A DNA stretch of 64,000 nucleotides, from IMG/VR virus record IMGVR_UViG_3300037010_002844, positions 62,001 to 126,000 of that record. One strand, written 5' to 3'. The notes below the pieces were generated by a model. That model searched no databases. It was not told where the DNA came from and saw only the letters and a list, made by a program, of their open reading frames with translations. This document shows positions 1 through 8,344 of this stretch, piece by piece (position 1 is the stretch's first letter; the number at the start of each line of letters is the position of its first letter). Made by a program: the position numbers and the translations under genes.

Positions 1-37
1 AAACGGTGAAGGAAGGGTTCTGCATCTCTCTCCTGTG

Positions 38-583
38 TCAGAGGCTCAAAAAGGCGAAGGGTCCTCGAACGCCCGCGCTGTACTCTGCTGCGGCCTCGAG
101 GGCCACGCGGAGACGATCTTGGGGTTGCATGTTGCTGTTCCTCGTAGCGTACAGGGCGCCCAGAGCGATCTGGGCGCCGCAGCCCACGGCCGCGTAGTTC
201 TCACGGGGTCGACCCACCTGGTAGTCCTCTTCAACCACGTAAATCTTACCCTTGAAGCCAACGATGAAGGACGACTCATGCTCTTCCAGCTCGTTCTCCT
301 TCTTCGCCGCGCCCTTCTCATTCAGGAGTTCTCTGACAGCATCAACAAAGTCATTGACCAGGTACTCCATGTCGTCGGTCTGCTTCACCGATTGCTCGGG
401 GACCTCGAGCGAGTAGCGTAGCAACTGACCGATGCGGAAGGACCCGCAGAACCCCATGATGAGGTTCTCGTTGATAAAGACCTTCTCATCGGCCCGGTTG
501 CAGATGCTCAAACCATCGATGCCTGCAGAGTCACCACCGACCCAGACAGTACCCTCGTGTTCCAGTGCGACAATGCAGGTCAT
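38..583 (-). CDS. HslV/ClpQ-like Ntn-hydrolase protease (proteasome beta-type subunit), paralog 1
   Basis: N-terminal M-T-C-I (Thr1 nucleophile after Met removal), GGDS, EKVF lysine, MGFCGS, AVGCG, ALGAL and closing AAxE..AGVRGPF match the HslV fold pattern. Confidence 0.8.
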   Translation of the reverse strand: MTCIVALEHEGTVWVGGDSAGIDGLSICNRADEKVFINENLIMGFCGSFRIGQLLRYSLEVPEQSVKQTDDMEYLVNDFVDAVRELLNEKGAAKKENELEEHESSFIVGFKGKIYVVEEDYQVGRPRENYAAVGCGAQIALGALYATRNSNMQPQDRLRVALEAAAEYSAGVRGPFAFLSL

Positions 584-586
584 GGT

Positions 587-1132
587 TCAACCTTTCACCA
601 TCAGGGTGTCAAACGGTGGTGCGACGCCGGCATTGTTTTCTGCAGAAACCTTGAGCGCCTCGAGGATCCTCTTCTTCGGCCCCTCATTTCGCGTGGCACG
701 GAGGCTACCCAGTGCTGGCTCGGCGCCGCTGCCGATCGCGTCAAACTCCCGTGCACTCTCAATGAGCTGGAAGTTGCCCTCGACCATGTGCAGTTCGCCT
801 CTGTACCCGATCAACAAGGCACCGTGAAAATACCACTGCCCGTGGTGTTCAACGAGGCAGTCGAGCTTCTTCAGACCCTCGCGGAAGGCCGGGATCAGAT
901 CATTAACGAGGAACGTCTTAGTCGCCACGCCTTCCTCGTGCTTCGGGAACTCGATGGCGTGTTGGATGGCATCCATGACCTTGGACGAGCCGCTGACGCC
1001 GATGCCAATACCGCTCTTCGTGAAGATCTTGGGATGCTTGATGAGGGTGCGACCTAGATTGCCGCCCGTCGCGGCACGATCGCCGCCGAGCCACACGTTC
1101 TTACCGTCCACCAAACCAATGATACAGGTCAT
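587..1132 (-). CDS. HslV/ClpQ-like Ntn-hydrolase protease, paralog 2
   Basis: Start reassigned to the ATG at 1132 (MTCIIG) with AGGAG just upstream. Motifs GGDR, PKIF, GVSGS, AIGSG and AENNAGVAPPF. Confidence 0.8.
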   Translation of the reverse strand: MTCIIGLVDGKNVWLGGDRAATGGNLGRTLIKHPKIFTKSGIGIGVSGSSKVMDAIQHAIEFPKHEEGVATKTFLVNDLIPAFREGLKKLDCLVEHHGQWYFHGALLIGYRGELHMVEGNFQLIESAREFDAIGSGAEPALGSLRATRNEGPKKRILEALKVSAENNAGVAPPFDTLMVKG

Positions 1133-1134
1133 TG

Positions 1135-1314
1135 CTATTTCTCCTTGCCTTCTTGGGTTTCTTTCGACATACGTTCCGCATCGACCTGCCAAGCACCTTC
1201 CACAAGGGCCATGAACTGGTCGTGCGACAACTTGAGGAGGTGCGCTGCCTCAAGCGACGATTGAATCGCCGCCACGAAGAGGTCCTCAATGTTAGGTACG
1301 GGCTTGCGCTTCAT
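1135..1314 (-). CDS. Small hypothetical protein (59 aa, MKRKPVPNIEDLF...)
   Basis: Manually translated ATG-to-TAG ORF directly upstream of paralog 2; below the ORF-track length cutoff. Confidence 0.45.
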   Translation of the reverse strand: MKRKPVPNIEDLFVAAIQSSLEAAHLLKLSHDQFMALVEGAWQVDAERMSKETQEGKEK

Positions 1315-1339
1315 TTGCCGTATGTAGAATCCTGGTAGA

Positions 1340-1560
1340 GTTCACGGTACTTTTGCAATTTATCAAGTGGTATCGCAACATCGTAGGTCCTCTTCACGTT
1401 AATGAGCAATGTGGACATACAATGTTATGTGCACATCGTGTACGATGATTCTTGAAGCGAAACGATGCTTGTATGCAATGCCGACGTAACCATCGTCACC
1501 CTGATGCATGCACAAGTCATCATAGATTCAATAAATGGCTGCCAAGCGATGATTATCGCT
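1340..1560 (-). pseudogene. Degenerate GIY-YIG homing endonuclease remnant
   Basis: Minus-strand translation AIY*IYDDLCMHQGDDGYVGIAYKHRF resembles the IYWI...GYVGI GIY-YIG signature, with TGA at the Trp position. AT-richer than its neighbours. Confidence 0.4.
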
Positions 1561-1594
1561 TGAAGGCAAGACGTATCGTACTAATCGATCGTGA

Positions 1595-2254
1595 TCAATC
1601 AATGAGATTCCAATGTCGTTCATAGACATGAAGTGACCCAGCGTGCCAGATCATTGGACCCACGGGTAGACCCAAATCTGCCGCCAACTGCTGGTGAACA
1701 TAATCCTGCCAGGCTTTGTCGTTCTTGTATCCAAAGACGACGTCGTTCGACCTCATGCGAACGTCAGCAATGACTTGACCGTTGCGAATGAAATACTGAA
1801 CTGAGTCCGTGCAGATGAAATCACTCATCCCATCGCGGTTATATTCCTTCCAGATTGAGGGCCGCGTATAGATCATCTCGGCACGCCGGCTCTCCGGAGC
1901 ACGCTTCAGCTCTGCTAGCACGTGGTCATATTGCTTGTAGTTGTCCTCGCTCCAGATGAGGTAACCATAATTGGAGTTGATCTCGCCTCTCTTCGATGAA
2001 CAAGCCTTCCAGACCGCTGGTGCTCCACCGGGGATGTCATTGACGTTCCGTGACATGGAGCGATACCATTCAATCTCACGAGCCACGTAGTCCTGATTGA
2101 CCGTTCCGAAGATCGATGTTTCGTTAGCGATGAACGTAGCACCGACGACCTCGATCATCTTGCAACCAGACTTGTCAGTAACGTGTTCCTGGCGTTCCTT
2201 GAGGTCCTTAAACAAGGAGCGAACATCGGCAACCTTGTATTGAATTTGAATCAA
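1595..2254 (-). CDS. gp42: dCMP hydroxymethylase (T4 gp42-like, thymidylate synthase fold)
   Basis: Near-colinear with T4 gp42 as recalled: DKSG, REIEWY (Glu60), GEINSNYG, SRR, YTRPS, GMSDFICT (Cys148), MRSNDVVFGYKND (Asp179, cytosine specificity) and GSLHVYERH. Confidence 0.92.
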   Translation of the reverse strand: MIQIQYKVADVRSLFKDLKERQEHVTDKSGCKMIEVVGATFIANETSIFGTVNQDYVAREIEWYRSMSRNVNDIPGGAPAVWKACSSKRGEINSNYGYLIWSEDNYKQYDHVLAELKRAPESRRAEMIYTRPSIWKEYNRDGMSDFICTDSVQYFIRNGQVIADVRMRSNDVVFGYKNDKAWQDYVHQQLAADLGLPVGPMIWHAGSLHVYERHWNLID

Positions 2255-2443
2255 CTATTCCTCCACGCTTCTCGATGTTTTGATTACCAGCGATCCATTC
2301 TTTAGACTCACAAGCTCCAAGAGCACCGGTTCTTGTTGGGAAGGTAGAAACCCAGCAAACTTCGCAGTGTCGACATGTTCTCTTAGAGCAGTGCGTAGAT
2401 CATTACTGCTTGTAACAGCGTGTGTTGTTTCGATGATTTTCAT
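2255..2443 (-). CDS. Small hypothetical protein (MKIIETTH...)
   Basis: ATG at 2443 overlaps the epimerase stop (ATGA), and the ORF abuts gp42. Confidence 0.5.
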   Translation of the reverse strand: MKIIETTHAVTSSNDLRTALREHVDTAKFAGFLPSQQEPVLLELVSLKNGSLVIKTSRSVEE

Positions 2444-3399
2444 GTGTGCAGCTTCAATACCTTGGTCCACGACCAGTTGTCCTCGTACCACTTGATGGTG
2501 CGGTCCAAGCCGTCCCAGAATCGTACCACGGGGATGTACCCGAGTACACGCTCAGCTTTCGAAACGTCGGCCTGCGTGTGCATCACATCACCCGGGCGCC
2601 AAGGGGCATCGACATAGGAAGCGCCCGGATAACGACGCTTGAGCTCCTCAAGGATCTCTTTGTTCGTCGTTCGATCACCGCACGCCACGTTGAATGTTTC
2701 GGCTCCAAGCTTTCCAGAATACGTGGCTGCCTTCATGCAGGCTGACACCACGTTGTCCACGTAACACATGTCACGGGACTGTGAGCCGTCACCGTCGGAG
2801 CGCATAGGCACGCCTTTCTTGATCGCCGTCAACCACGCAGAAACCGCAGTAGCGTACGGTGAATCGCCGAGTTGATTGGGTCCGAAGACGTTGAAGAACC
2901 GCATGCAGGCTGAGTCGAGACCGTAAAGCTCGCTGTACAACCGCAGATAGTCCTCAATGATCGCCTTCTGCAGAGCATAAGGCGACTTGGGATTCCGTGG
3001 AAAAGTCTCAGGGGTCGGCAGCACATCAGCGCCTCCGTACACAGATGAGCTGGAGGCGAAGACGACGTGATTGACATTGCCCTTGCAAGCCTCCAGGAGG
3101 AGCAATGTCTTGTCGACGTTGACCTCATGCGTTCTCAAGGGATAGAGGACTGAGTAAGAGACCCGCGGGACCGCCGCCAGGTGAATGACCGTGTCAAACT
3201 CCTGACGCCTGATCCGATCGAGGACCGTGGAGTTCGCAAAGTCGTTGGGTTGAAAGCGCACTGCGATGGGCGATGGCAAGAATTCGCGGTGACCGTTGCT
3301 CAGGTCATCGACGCAGGTGACGTGCCACCCAGCATCTAGACACGCCTTCGTCAGGTTCGAACCTATAAAACCCGCGGCACCCGTAATCAAAACTCTCAT
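2440..3399 (-). CDS. NAD-dependent NDP-sugar epimerase/dehydratase (extended SDR, GalE/WbpP-like)
   Basis: GAAGFIGSNL Rossmann motif, HLAA, ASSSSVYG, YALQK (YxxxK), RFFNVFGP and RDMCYVDNVV. Confidence 0.9.
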   Translation of the reverse strand: MRVLITGAAGFIGSNLTKACLDAGWHVTCVDDLSNGHREFLPSPIAVRFQPNDFANSTVLDRIRRQEFDTVIHLAAVPRVSYSVLYPLRTHEVNVDKTLLLLEACKGNVNHVVFASSSSVYGGADVLPTPETFPRNPKSPYALQKAIIEDYLRLYSELYGLDSACMRFFNVFGPNQLGDSPYATAVSAWLTAIKKGVPMRSDGDGSQSRDMCYVDNVVSACMKAATYSGKLGAETFNVACGDRTTNKEILEELKRRYPGASYVDAPWRPGDVMHTQADVSKAERVLGYIPVVRFWDGLDRTIKWYEDNWSWTKVLKLHT

Positions 3400-3411
3400 G
3401 AGGTCATTATA
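3400..3411 (-). promoter_or_regulatory. Representative -10 box (TATAAT) 6 nt before ATG, leaderless-type promoter
   Basis: Same TAnnnT-N6-start geometry at starts 27585, 33098, 36526, 57209 and 58452. Confidence 0.55.
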
Positions 3412-3431
3412 TGCCTCACAGAGTCCTTAGT

Positions 3432-4226
3432 TCAACGGGTCGTGTTTAGCGACAAAAAGATGGTACCCCGGACAGGGTCAGCATCCAAGACACCACGAAT
3501 TGACGGGCTGGTGTAGTCGGCAAACAAACCCTCATCGGAAGTGTCTGCTAGGATCGCAGCAGGATCCTCGATCGAGGACTCAAATCCAAGCTTTATCATG
3601 ACCTCATCAAGATATATTGACACTTTCATGCACTGCTCGGGCGGAACCATCATACTGCACTTCGTCTTCAACGTCTTTGCATCCGGCATGGGCGAACAGG
3701 TGACCTTCGTCCCCTTGAGGCGTATGGCCTCACGCACAGCATTGACGACCTCAGTCAGCGTCTTCGGAGCCTTCTTGATGAGAGCAGTTGTCTTCGAACC
3801 CGACATCACGGAAACGACGGCCGTTGCCAGTGCCTTCGGATCGAACTTTGCGGGCCTGTGACCTGGGGCATAGTTCATGGCGTTGAAGTAACTGTCCGCC
3901 ATGTCAAGAACTGCATCGTGAACGTAGAACTCGACCATATCGAGCCACGTATCATGGCGTTCTGCAGGATCACGGATGCCAGACATCTCGGCCTCGATAT
4001 TGGTCCACGCCTCGTAAATCGCGCCGAAGATGGGCCCACCTTCGTAATCCTCATCGAGGGCCTCGTCGACGAGATCATCCGGCGCACCGGCCTGTTCGAG
4101 CGCCATGGCAAATGCCTTGCGAAACTCGGAAAATGACTTCGGAGGCGCTGCAGCGGCCTCCATGAGGTTGGCTACGACGGCGAGTACCTCTTCACGGATC
4201 ATTTGAACAAGCTCTGACTTCTTCAT
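3432..4226 (-). CDS. Hypothetical protein with an N-terminal LxxxIREE leader (probable virion-internal protein)
   Basis: 264-aa ORF starting MKKSELVQMIREEV, with an ATAATTA box upstream. Confidence 0.6.
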   Translation of the reverse strand: MKKSELVQMIREEVLAVVANLMEAAAAPPKSFSEFRKAFAMALEQAGAPDDLVDEALDEDYEGGPIFGAIYEAWTNIEAEMSGIRDPAERHDTWLDMVEFYVHDAVLDMADSYFNAMNYAPGHRPAKFDPKALATAVVSVMSGSKTTALIKKAPKTLTEVVNAVREAIRLKGTKVTCSPMPDAKTLKTKCSMMVPPEQCMKVSIYLDEVMIKLGFESSIEDPAAILADTSDEGLFADYTSPSIRGVLDADPVRGTIFLSLNTTR

Positions 4227-4269
4227 CGGCGGAGTCTCCCTGGCAGGTAATTATTACCTTAGGCGGAGG

Positions 4270-4557
4270 GGGCCTATAACTAGGCCTACACTTCTCGCAA
4301 GAGTGCCCTTGAAATTGCCAGACGACCACCGAAATTGATGTTTTTGAACTCAGCACTAACGAGTCCCCCACAGAATACGCAAGAATCCGTGGGTCTGACG
4401 GGCACTTTCTTTAGCTCTTCGATGCGCTTCTTTTCTTTCTCACGGGCAGCCTCAGCAACCTCTTTGAAGCGCTTTTCTCTTTATTTGCAGGTAGACTGTC
4501 GAGCCACCTCGCGAAAATGAATTGATCCATGTGATCGGGATCTTTATCGTTCTTCAC
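4270..4557 (-). pseudogene. Frameshifted small zinc-ribbon protein
   Basis: GTG overlaps the glycosyltransferase stop. The reading MKNDKDPDH...NKEK continues as KRFKEVAE...CVFCGG after a 1-nt slip in an A run, and a second slip gives GHSCEKC. Confidence 0.4.
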
Positions 4558-5891
4558 AGCAGGTCCATGCGCTTCATCGCCATCGGCGTCGTGGCCTCGT
4601 ACGAACATCGAGCTCGGACGACCGTCCGCAGACGATCGAGCCAGTCCTTCATGTACGCAGGTCGTTCCTTGATGTTATGAATCAAAGCTGAAGCAATGTG
4701 ATGCAGATCCTTGAAGTCCGGCGACGCCAAGAAGGGCCACTTACTGGCCTCCTGAGCGATGCTCGAATATTCGAAGTTATCGATCCACAGAGGCATACAC
4801 CCGAGCTCAATGCATTCTCGAGCGGCGGTGCCCCCATAGGTGTCCTGATCATAGAGGCTGACAGCGATGTCAGCCTGACGACAGATGACCTTGAACTCGT
4901 CGCGGTTAAAGGCATCCGGGACCAATGAAACGTAGCCATTAGGCCCGCACTCCTTCTCGAGCTCGTGGTTGAAGAACTTCTGGCTGGGGTTGCCCGCTAG
5001 CACAACGAAGTCCTGGCGCAGTTCACGGAGTTTCGGCAAGATGTCAAACATGAACTTGCCACAGTTGGTGTAGTCCGACGAACGACCGCGCCCGCCGACA
5101 CGGTTCGGGACGAAGAGGATGACCTTGCCTTCGGCGTGCCAGCGATTCAACAGGTCGGGATCAAACCTGACGTTGCTCATGTCGGGCTTAGAGTTGATCT
5201 CCTCGGCTGAGTAACCATCGTCCCAGGGATCCGACTTCATCAAGATGTCATTGACAATGTCCCGCTTCAGGACATTGTCAGCCTCGCGCTCGAACTCCTT
5301 CAAGGCCGAGGGACACTGCCAGAAGTTCCAGTCAGCCTTTATGGCTGCCTCAAGCTGGCCGAACCAGAGCGAGGCCTCTTCCGGAAACTTGGGACAAGAA
5401 GGTACGTCGACGAAGTGACTGTGCACGTAAAACCTGGGCCTATAACCACCAGTCACGTGGAACAACGCCTTGAAGTTGCGAAGGTGCATTGGGTCGTTGA
5501 TGTAGACCGCGTCCCACTTGGGCTTTTTGCCGATCTTCTGCATTCCGAGATCAAGGGCACTGGCGAGTGCCGACCAGTTGAAGTCGTACCGTGTCACCAA
5601 CGCGTTGGCGATGATCTCGTGCTCGATGAAATTCAGACGGCGCTCGCCATCCTCACCGTACTTGGCCCACAGGTCAGCATTGACATCCCGGGGATCTGTG
5701 ATAACCTGACGACCAGCGGGATCACCCGTCTTGGGGCACATCACGTCAATGTGAAGGTCAGGATTGAGCTTCAGCATTTCACGGACGCGGCCCATCACCA
5801 TCTGCCATCCTGAGTCACATTCGAGCAGAAACTTACCGTAGGTATTGTAATTGCTCAACTGTGTCTCGATCAAGAGCCTCTTGTGTTCCAT
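4554..5891 (-). CDS. GT-B fold glycosyltransferase, probable DNA (hmC) glycosyltransferase
   Basis: C-terminal LFVPNR...RDEFKVICRQADIAVSLY..DTYGGTAARECIELGCMPL resembles the GT4 donor-binding segment. Located in the gp42 cluster. Confidence 0.72.
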   Translation of the reverse strand: MEHKRLLIETQLSNYNTYGKFLLECDSGWQMVMGRVREMLKLNPDLHIDVMCPKTGDPAGRQVITDPRDVNADLWAKYGEDGERRLNFIEHEIIANALVTRYDFNWSALASALDLGMQKIGKKPKWDAVYINDPMHLRNFKALFHVTGGYRPRFYVHSHFVDVPSCPKFPEEASLWFGQLEAAIKADWNFWQCPSALKEFEREADNVLKRDIVNDILMKSDPWDDGYSAEEINSKPDMSNVRFDPDLLNRWHAEGKVILFVPNRVGGRGRSSDYTNCGKFMFDILPKLRELRQDFVVLAGNPSQKFFNHELEKECGPNGYVSLVPDAFNRDEFKVICRQADIAVSLYDQDTYGGTAARECIELGCMPLWIDNFEYSSIAQEASKWPFLASPDFKDLHHIASALIHNIKERPAYMKDWLDRLRTVVRARCSYEATTPMAMKRMDLL

Positions 5892-6169
5892 GAAGCAGTA
5901 TCTACTACTTGTTTATCAAGTTGTATTGGGTTGAAGGAAAAGGCAAGCGATCAGGCCAAGCGACAAACGTCGATCAATCGCTATGGCGTCAAATGCTATG
6001 CAAGCACCTGAAGCTCTAGAAAAAAGACATGTCTCGAACACAGACTATAGGCAACACATTGGGTGCAATAATCTTGCCTCCACACTTTTTGCTTCCATGA
6101 GAAGACACTCCATACCATAGTGGTTCTTGTAGTCAGAAGTGTCTTTCCCATAGTAGCAACAGGGGTGCA

Positions 6170-6853
6170 TCAGGTCGCCTTCTTGTAGACACGAGTGTTC
6201 TTGCGGTAGAAGCTCGCAAAGGCACACTTCAGGCGATTGCCCTTACCTGGCACCTTGAGGTTGGCAAATGCAGCTGACAACGCGGGATCGACCACGTACC
6301 CGCGGGTCGCCATCTTCTTGATGACCTCGTCGACCGGTTGGCAGTTGACATGGTGACGCCCCCACTGTGGGTGCCAATCTGGCCCTCCCGGCAGGCGCTC
6401 GCCCAACCGATTGACCTTCAACGTCAAGTTGGCATCATAGGTACCCCAGCCCGAGGCCACGCCGAAGACTACGAGCCTCGGATCCGGCGACAACAGGCAG
6501 TCCAAAAAGTTCGACTCTTTGTCATGAGTCACGTGTTCCATCGCCTCGAGCGACATGCAGACATCGCGTGAGCCCACCGTCAGGTTCTGAGGCGACACAG
6601 TCCCAATGTCGATCTTTTGGAAGTTCTTGACATCGATCCTCAGCTGATTGACGTCAGCGAAGCCATCGCAGCCCCAGACCGGGATGCTGCCCTCGAGCGG
6701 CTCCAACCAATCACCTTGACCGCAGCCGAAGTCGGCAATCGACTCAGCCTTCAGAACATTCAAAACGAAATCCTTCCACGCCGGTAGCCCGTGAGCGAAA
6801 TACTGCCGACCATCGTCAAAGAAGCCACTGTCGTAATTGATGGGTTTTGCCAT
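6170..6853 (-). CDS. Class I SAM-dependent methyltransferase (glycan-associated type)
   Basis: IADFGCGQG motif I, WGCDG and SLEAMEH post-II. Start reassigned to MAKPINYD (6853), next to the kinase stop. Confidence 0.8.
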   Translation of the reverse strand: MAKPINYDSGFFDDGRQYFAHGLPAWKDFVLNVLKAESIADFGCGQGDWLEPLEGSIPVWGCDGFADVNQLRIDVKNFQKIDIGTVSPQNLTVGSRDVCMSLEAMEHVTHDKESNFLDCLLSPDPRLVVFGVASGWGTYDANLTLKVNRLGERLPGGPDWHPQWGRHHVNCQPVDEVIKKMATRGYVVDPALSAAFANLKVPGKGNRLKCAFASFYRKNTRVYKKAT

Positions 6854-6854
6854 G

Positions 6855-7394
6855 TCAGTCCTTGTTAAGGAAGTCGATGATTTCCTCGGTCTCGCGGGCG
6901 AGGTTCTCGTCGTCAACGTTCAACCTCAAGATCCTGCACTTCGACCAACTTGCAAATTCCTCATAGGCGCTGTGAAGGCTGGTCAGCAGCTCTTCTCCAA
7001 TGCTAGGGTCGAGGTCGTCCTTGATACCCGCGTAATTGGAGCGTTGCGCAAAGATCACGCGAGCGCCCAATGATGCCCATGCCTCGTCCATGTGTCGCAG
7101 CATCATCAAGTCGGTCTCACGGCCAAATACCTTTGCATATGCATACTCACACGGAAAGCCTCGGTCGAAGATGACACTGTAGCCCGTTTGCTTCAACAGG
7201 TCATATACACGGGGATCTGCGAAACGCAGTTGATTCAAGAATTTGTCGTTCTTGGTGACCCGCGAGCTTAGAAATGAGGTGTATTCTGAGGTCGCCTTGA
7301 AATACGGAATGCCAGTTACCCGCGAAAGCTCGCGGGCCATCTCGGTCTTACCACAACGATCTGGTCCGACAAAAAACGTTAGTGATTGTTTCAT
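6855..7394 (-). CDS. dNMP kinase (thymidylate-kinase-like), probable hm-dCMP kinase
   Basis: P-loop VGPDRCGKT, IFDR motif, context in the gp42 cluster, and GGAAGG upstream. Confidence 0.8.
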   Translation of the reverse strand: MKQSLTFFVGPDRCGKTEMARELSRVTGIPYFKATSEYTSFLSSRVTKNDKFLNQLRFADPRVYDLLKQTGYSVIFDRGFPCEYAYAKVFGRETDLMMLRHMDEAWASLGARVIFAQRSNYAGIKDDLDPSIGEELLTSLHSAYEEFASWSKCRILRLNVDDENLARETEEIIDFLNKD

Positions 7395-7509
7395 TTACTT
7401 CCTTCCAGATTACGTCTGGATCTTGACGGGCAAGATCAAATACAATCTTGGGAAATCAACATCTGTTACTACACGAAACTCTATCCCGCGTTACGCCATG
7501 CCGATTATC

Positions 7510-8079
7510 TTAAACCGTGGGAATCGGCGTGTTCAGCTCGGGCGCATCTTGCACGTTTTCATAGTTCACGTAGAGCCCGTGACTGCCCACGCCCTTGCGC
7601 ACGTGTCCCAGGGACTCGCAGAAGACCACGTACTGCGCCAGCTGTTCCTCAACCTTCGACACCTCACCCACCTGGTCCTTGCCACGGTGCTTAAAGGTCA
7701 CACGTTGGCCCACAGAATATTTGGGAGTAACCCCATGGTGGTTTACCCATTCCGCGATCAGAGAATTGTGAGCCTTGATTCGCATGTAAGCTACATCCTC
7801 CAAGAGGTGGAGGAGCTCGTGATCAACCTCCCAGTAGTGAATGTTGTCCAACATCTTGGCAATGTCGTACGCATCGTCGTCGAACCTGACGGCACTTCTC
7901 AGGTCATCATGGATCTCCTTCAGGTAGGATTTCTCAAACTTGTCGGTGTCATCGCCCGCGGACTTCATCCACTGAATGACGCGTGGCATCAGGGCATCGA
8001 GCAGGCGCTCGAGCACCTCGGGATCCGTGCGATTCGGGCGAGGCGGCCAACCGCAGCCGAAGAGGACCTGCTGCTTCAT
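7510..8079 (-). CDS. Hypothetical protein
   Basis: 189-aa ORF with start/stop overlap to its upstream neighbour. Confidence 0.6.
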   Translation of the reverse strand: MKQQVLFGCGWPPRPNRTDPEVLERLLDALMPRVIQWMKSAGDDTDKFEKSYLKEIHDDLRSAVRFDDDAYDIAKMLDNIHYWEVDHELLHLLEDVAYMRIKAHNSLIAEWVNHHGVTPKYSVGQRVTFKHRGKDQVGEVSKVEEQLAQYVVFCESLGHVRKGVGSHGLYVNYENVQDAPELNTPIPTV

Positions 8080-8267
8080 GGTTTGCTACTGTCGTAGAGT
8101 TCCTGTAGGGAGTTTGTGATCGTTTGGATGATTCCTGGTCGAATTCGGACCCAACACGGACTGCACAGCAACCCACGATTGGTGTGCCACTTTTGTGGGT
8201 CGAACGCCCAGTGAGGTGCCCCGCACTCAGGACAGGTGACCTTGACAATATCATCATTCGACGACAT
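8076..8267 (-). CDS. Small zinc-ribbon protein
   Basis: CPEC and CSPC pairs in a 63-aa ORF; ATGA overlap with the next gene. Confidence 0.55.
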   Translation of the reverse strand: MSSNDDIVKVTCPECGAPHWAFDPQKWHTNRGLLCSPCWVRIRPGIIQTITNSLQELYDSSKP

Positions 8268-8344
8268 GACATGAAAGTACTTTAGTACGCCCTCGGTTTA
8301 CACTTAGGCGTGCACCCGCACGATGGAGGGAATAATTACCATGC

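Noticed and set aside
1595-2254. Ordinary thymidylate synthase (ThyA)
   Set aside because: It has Asp rather than Asn at the specificity position and gp42-specific segments, and ThyX is present elsewhere.
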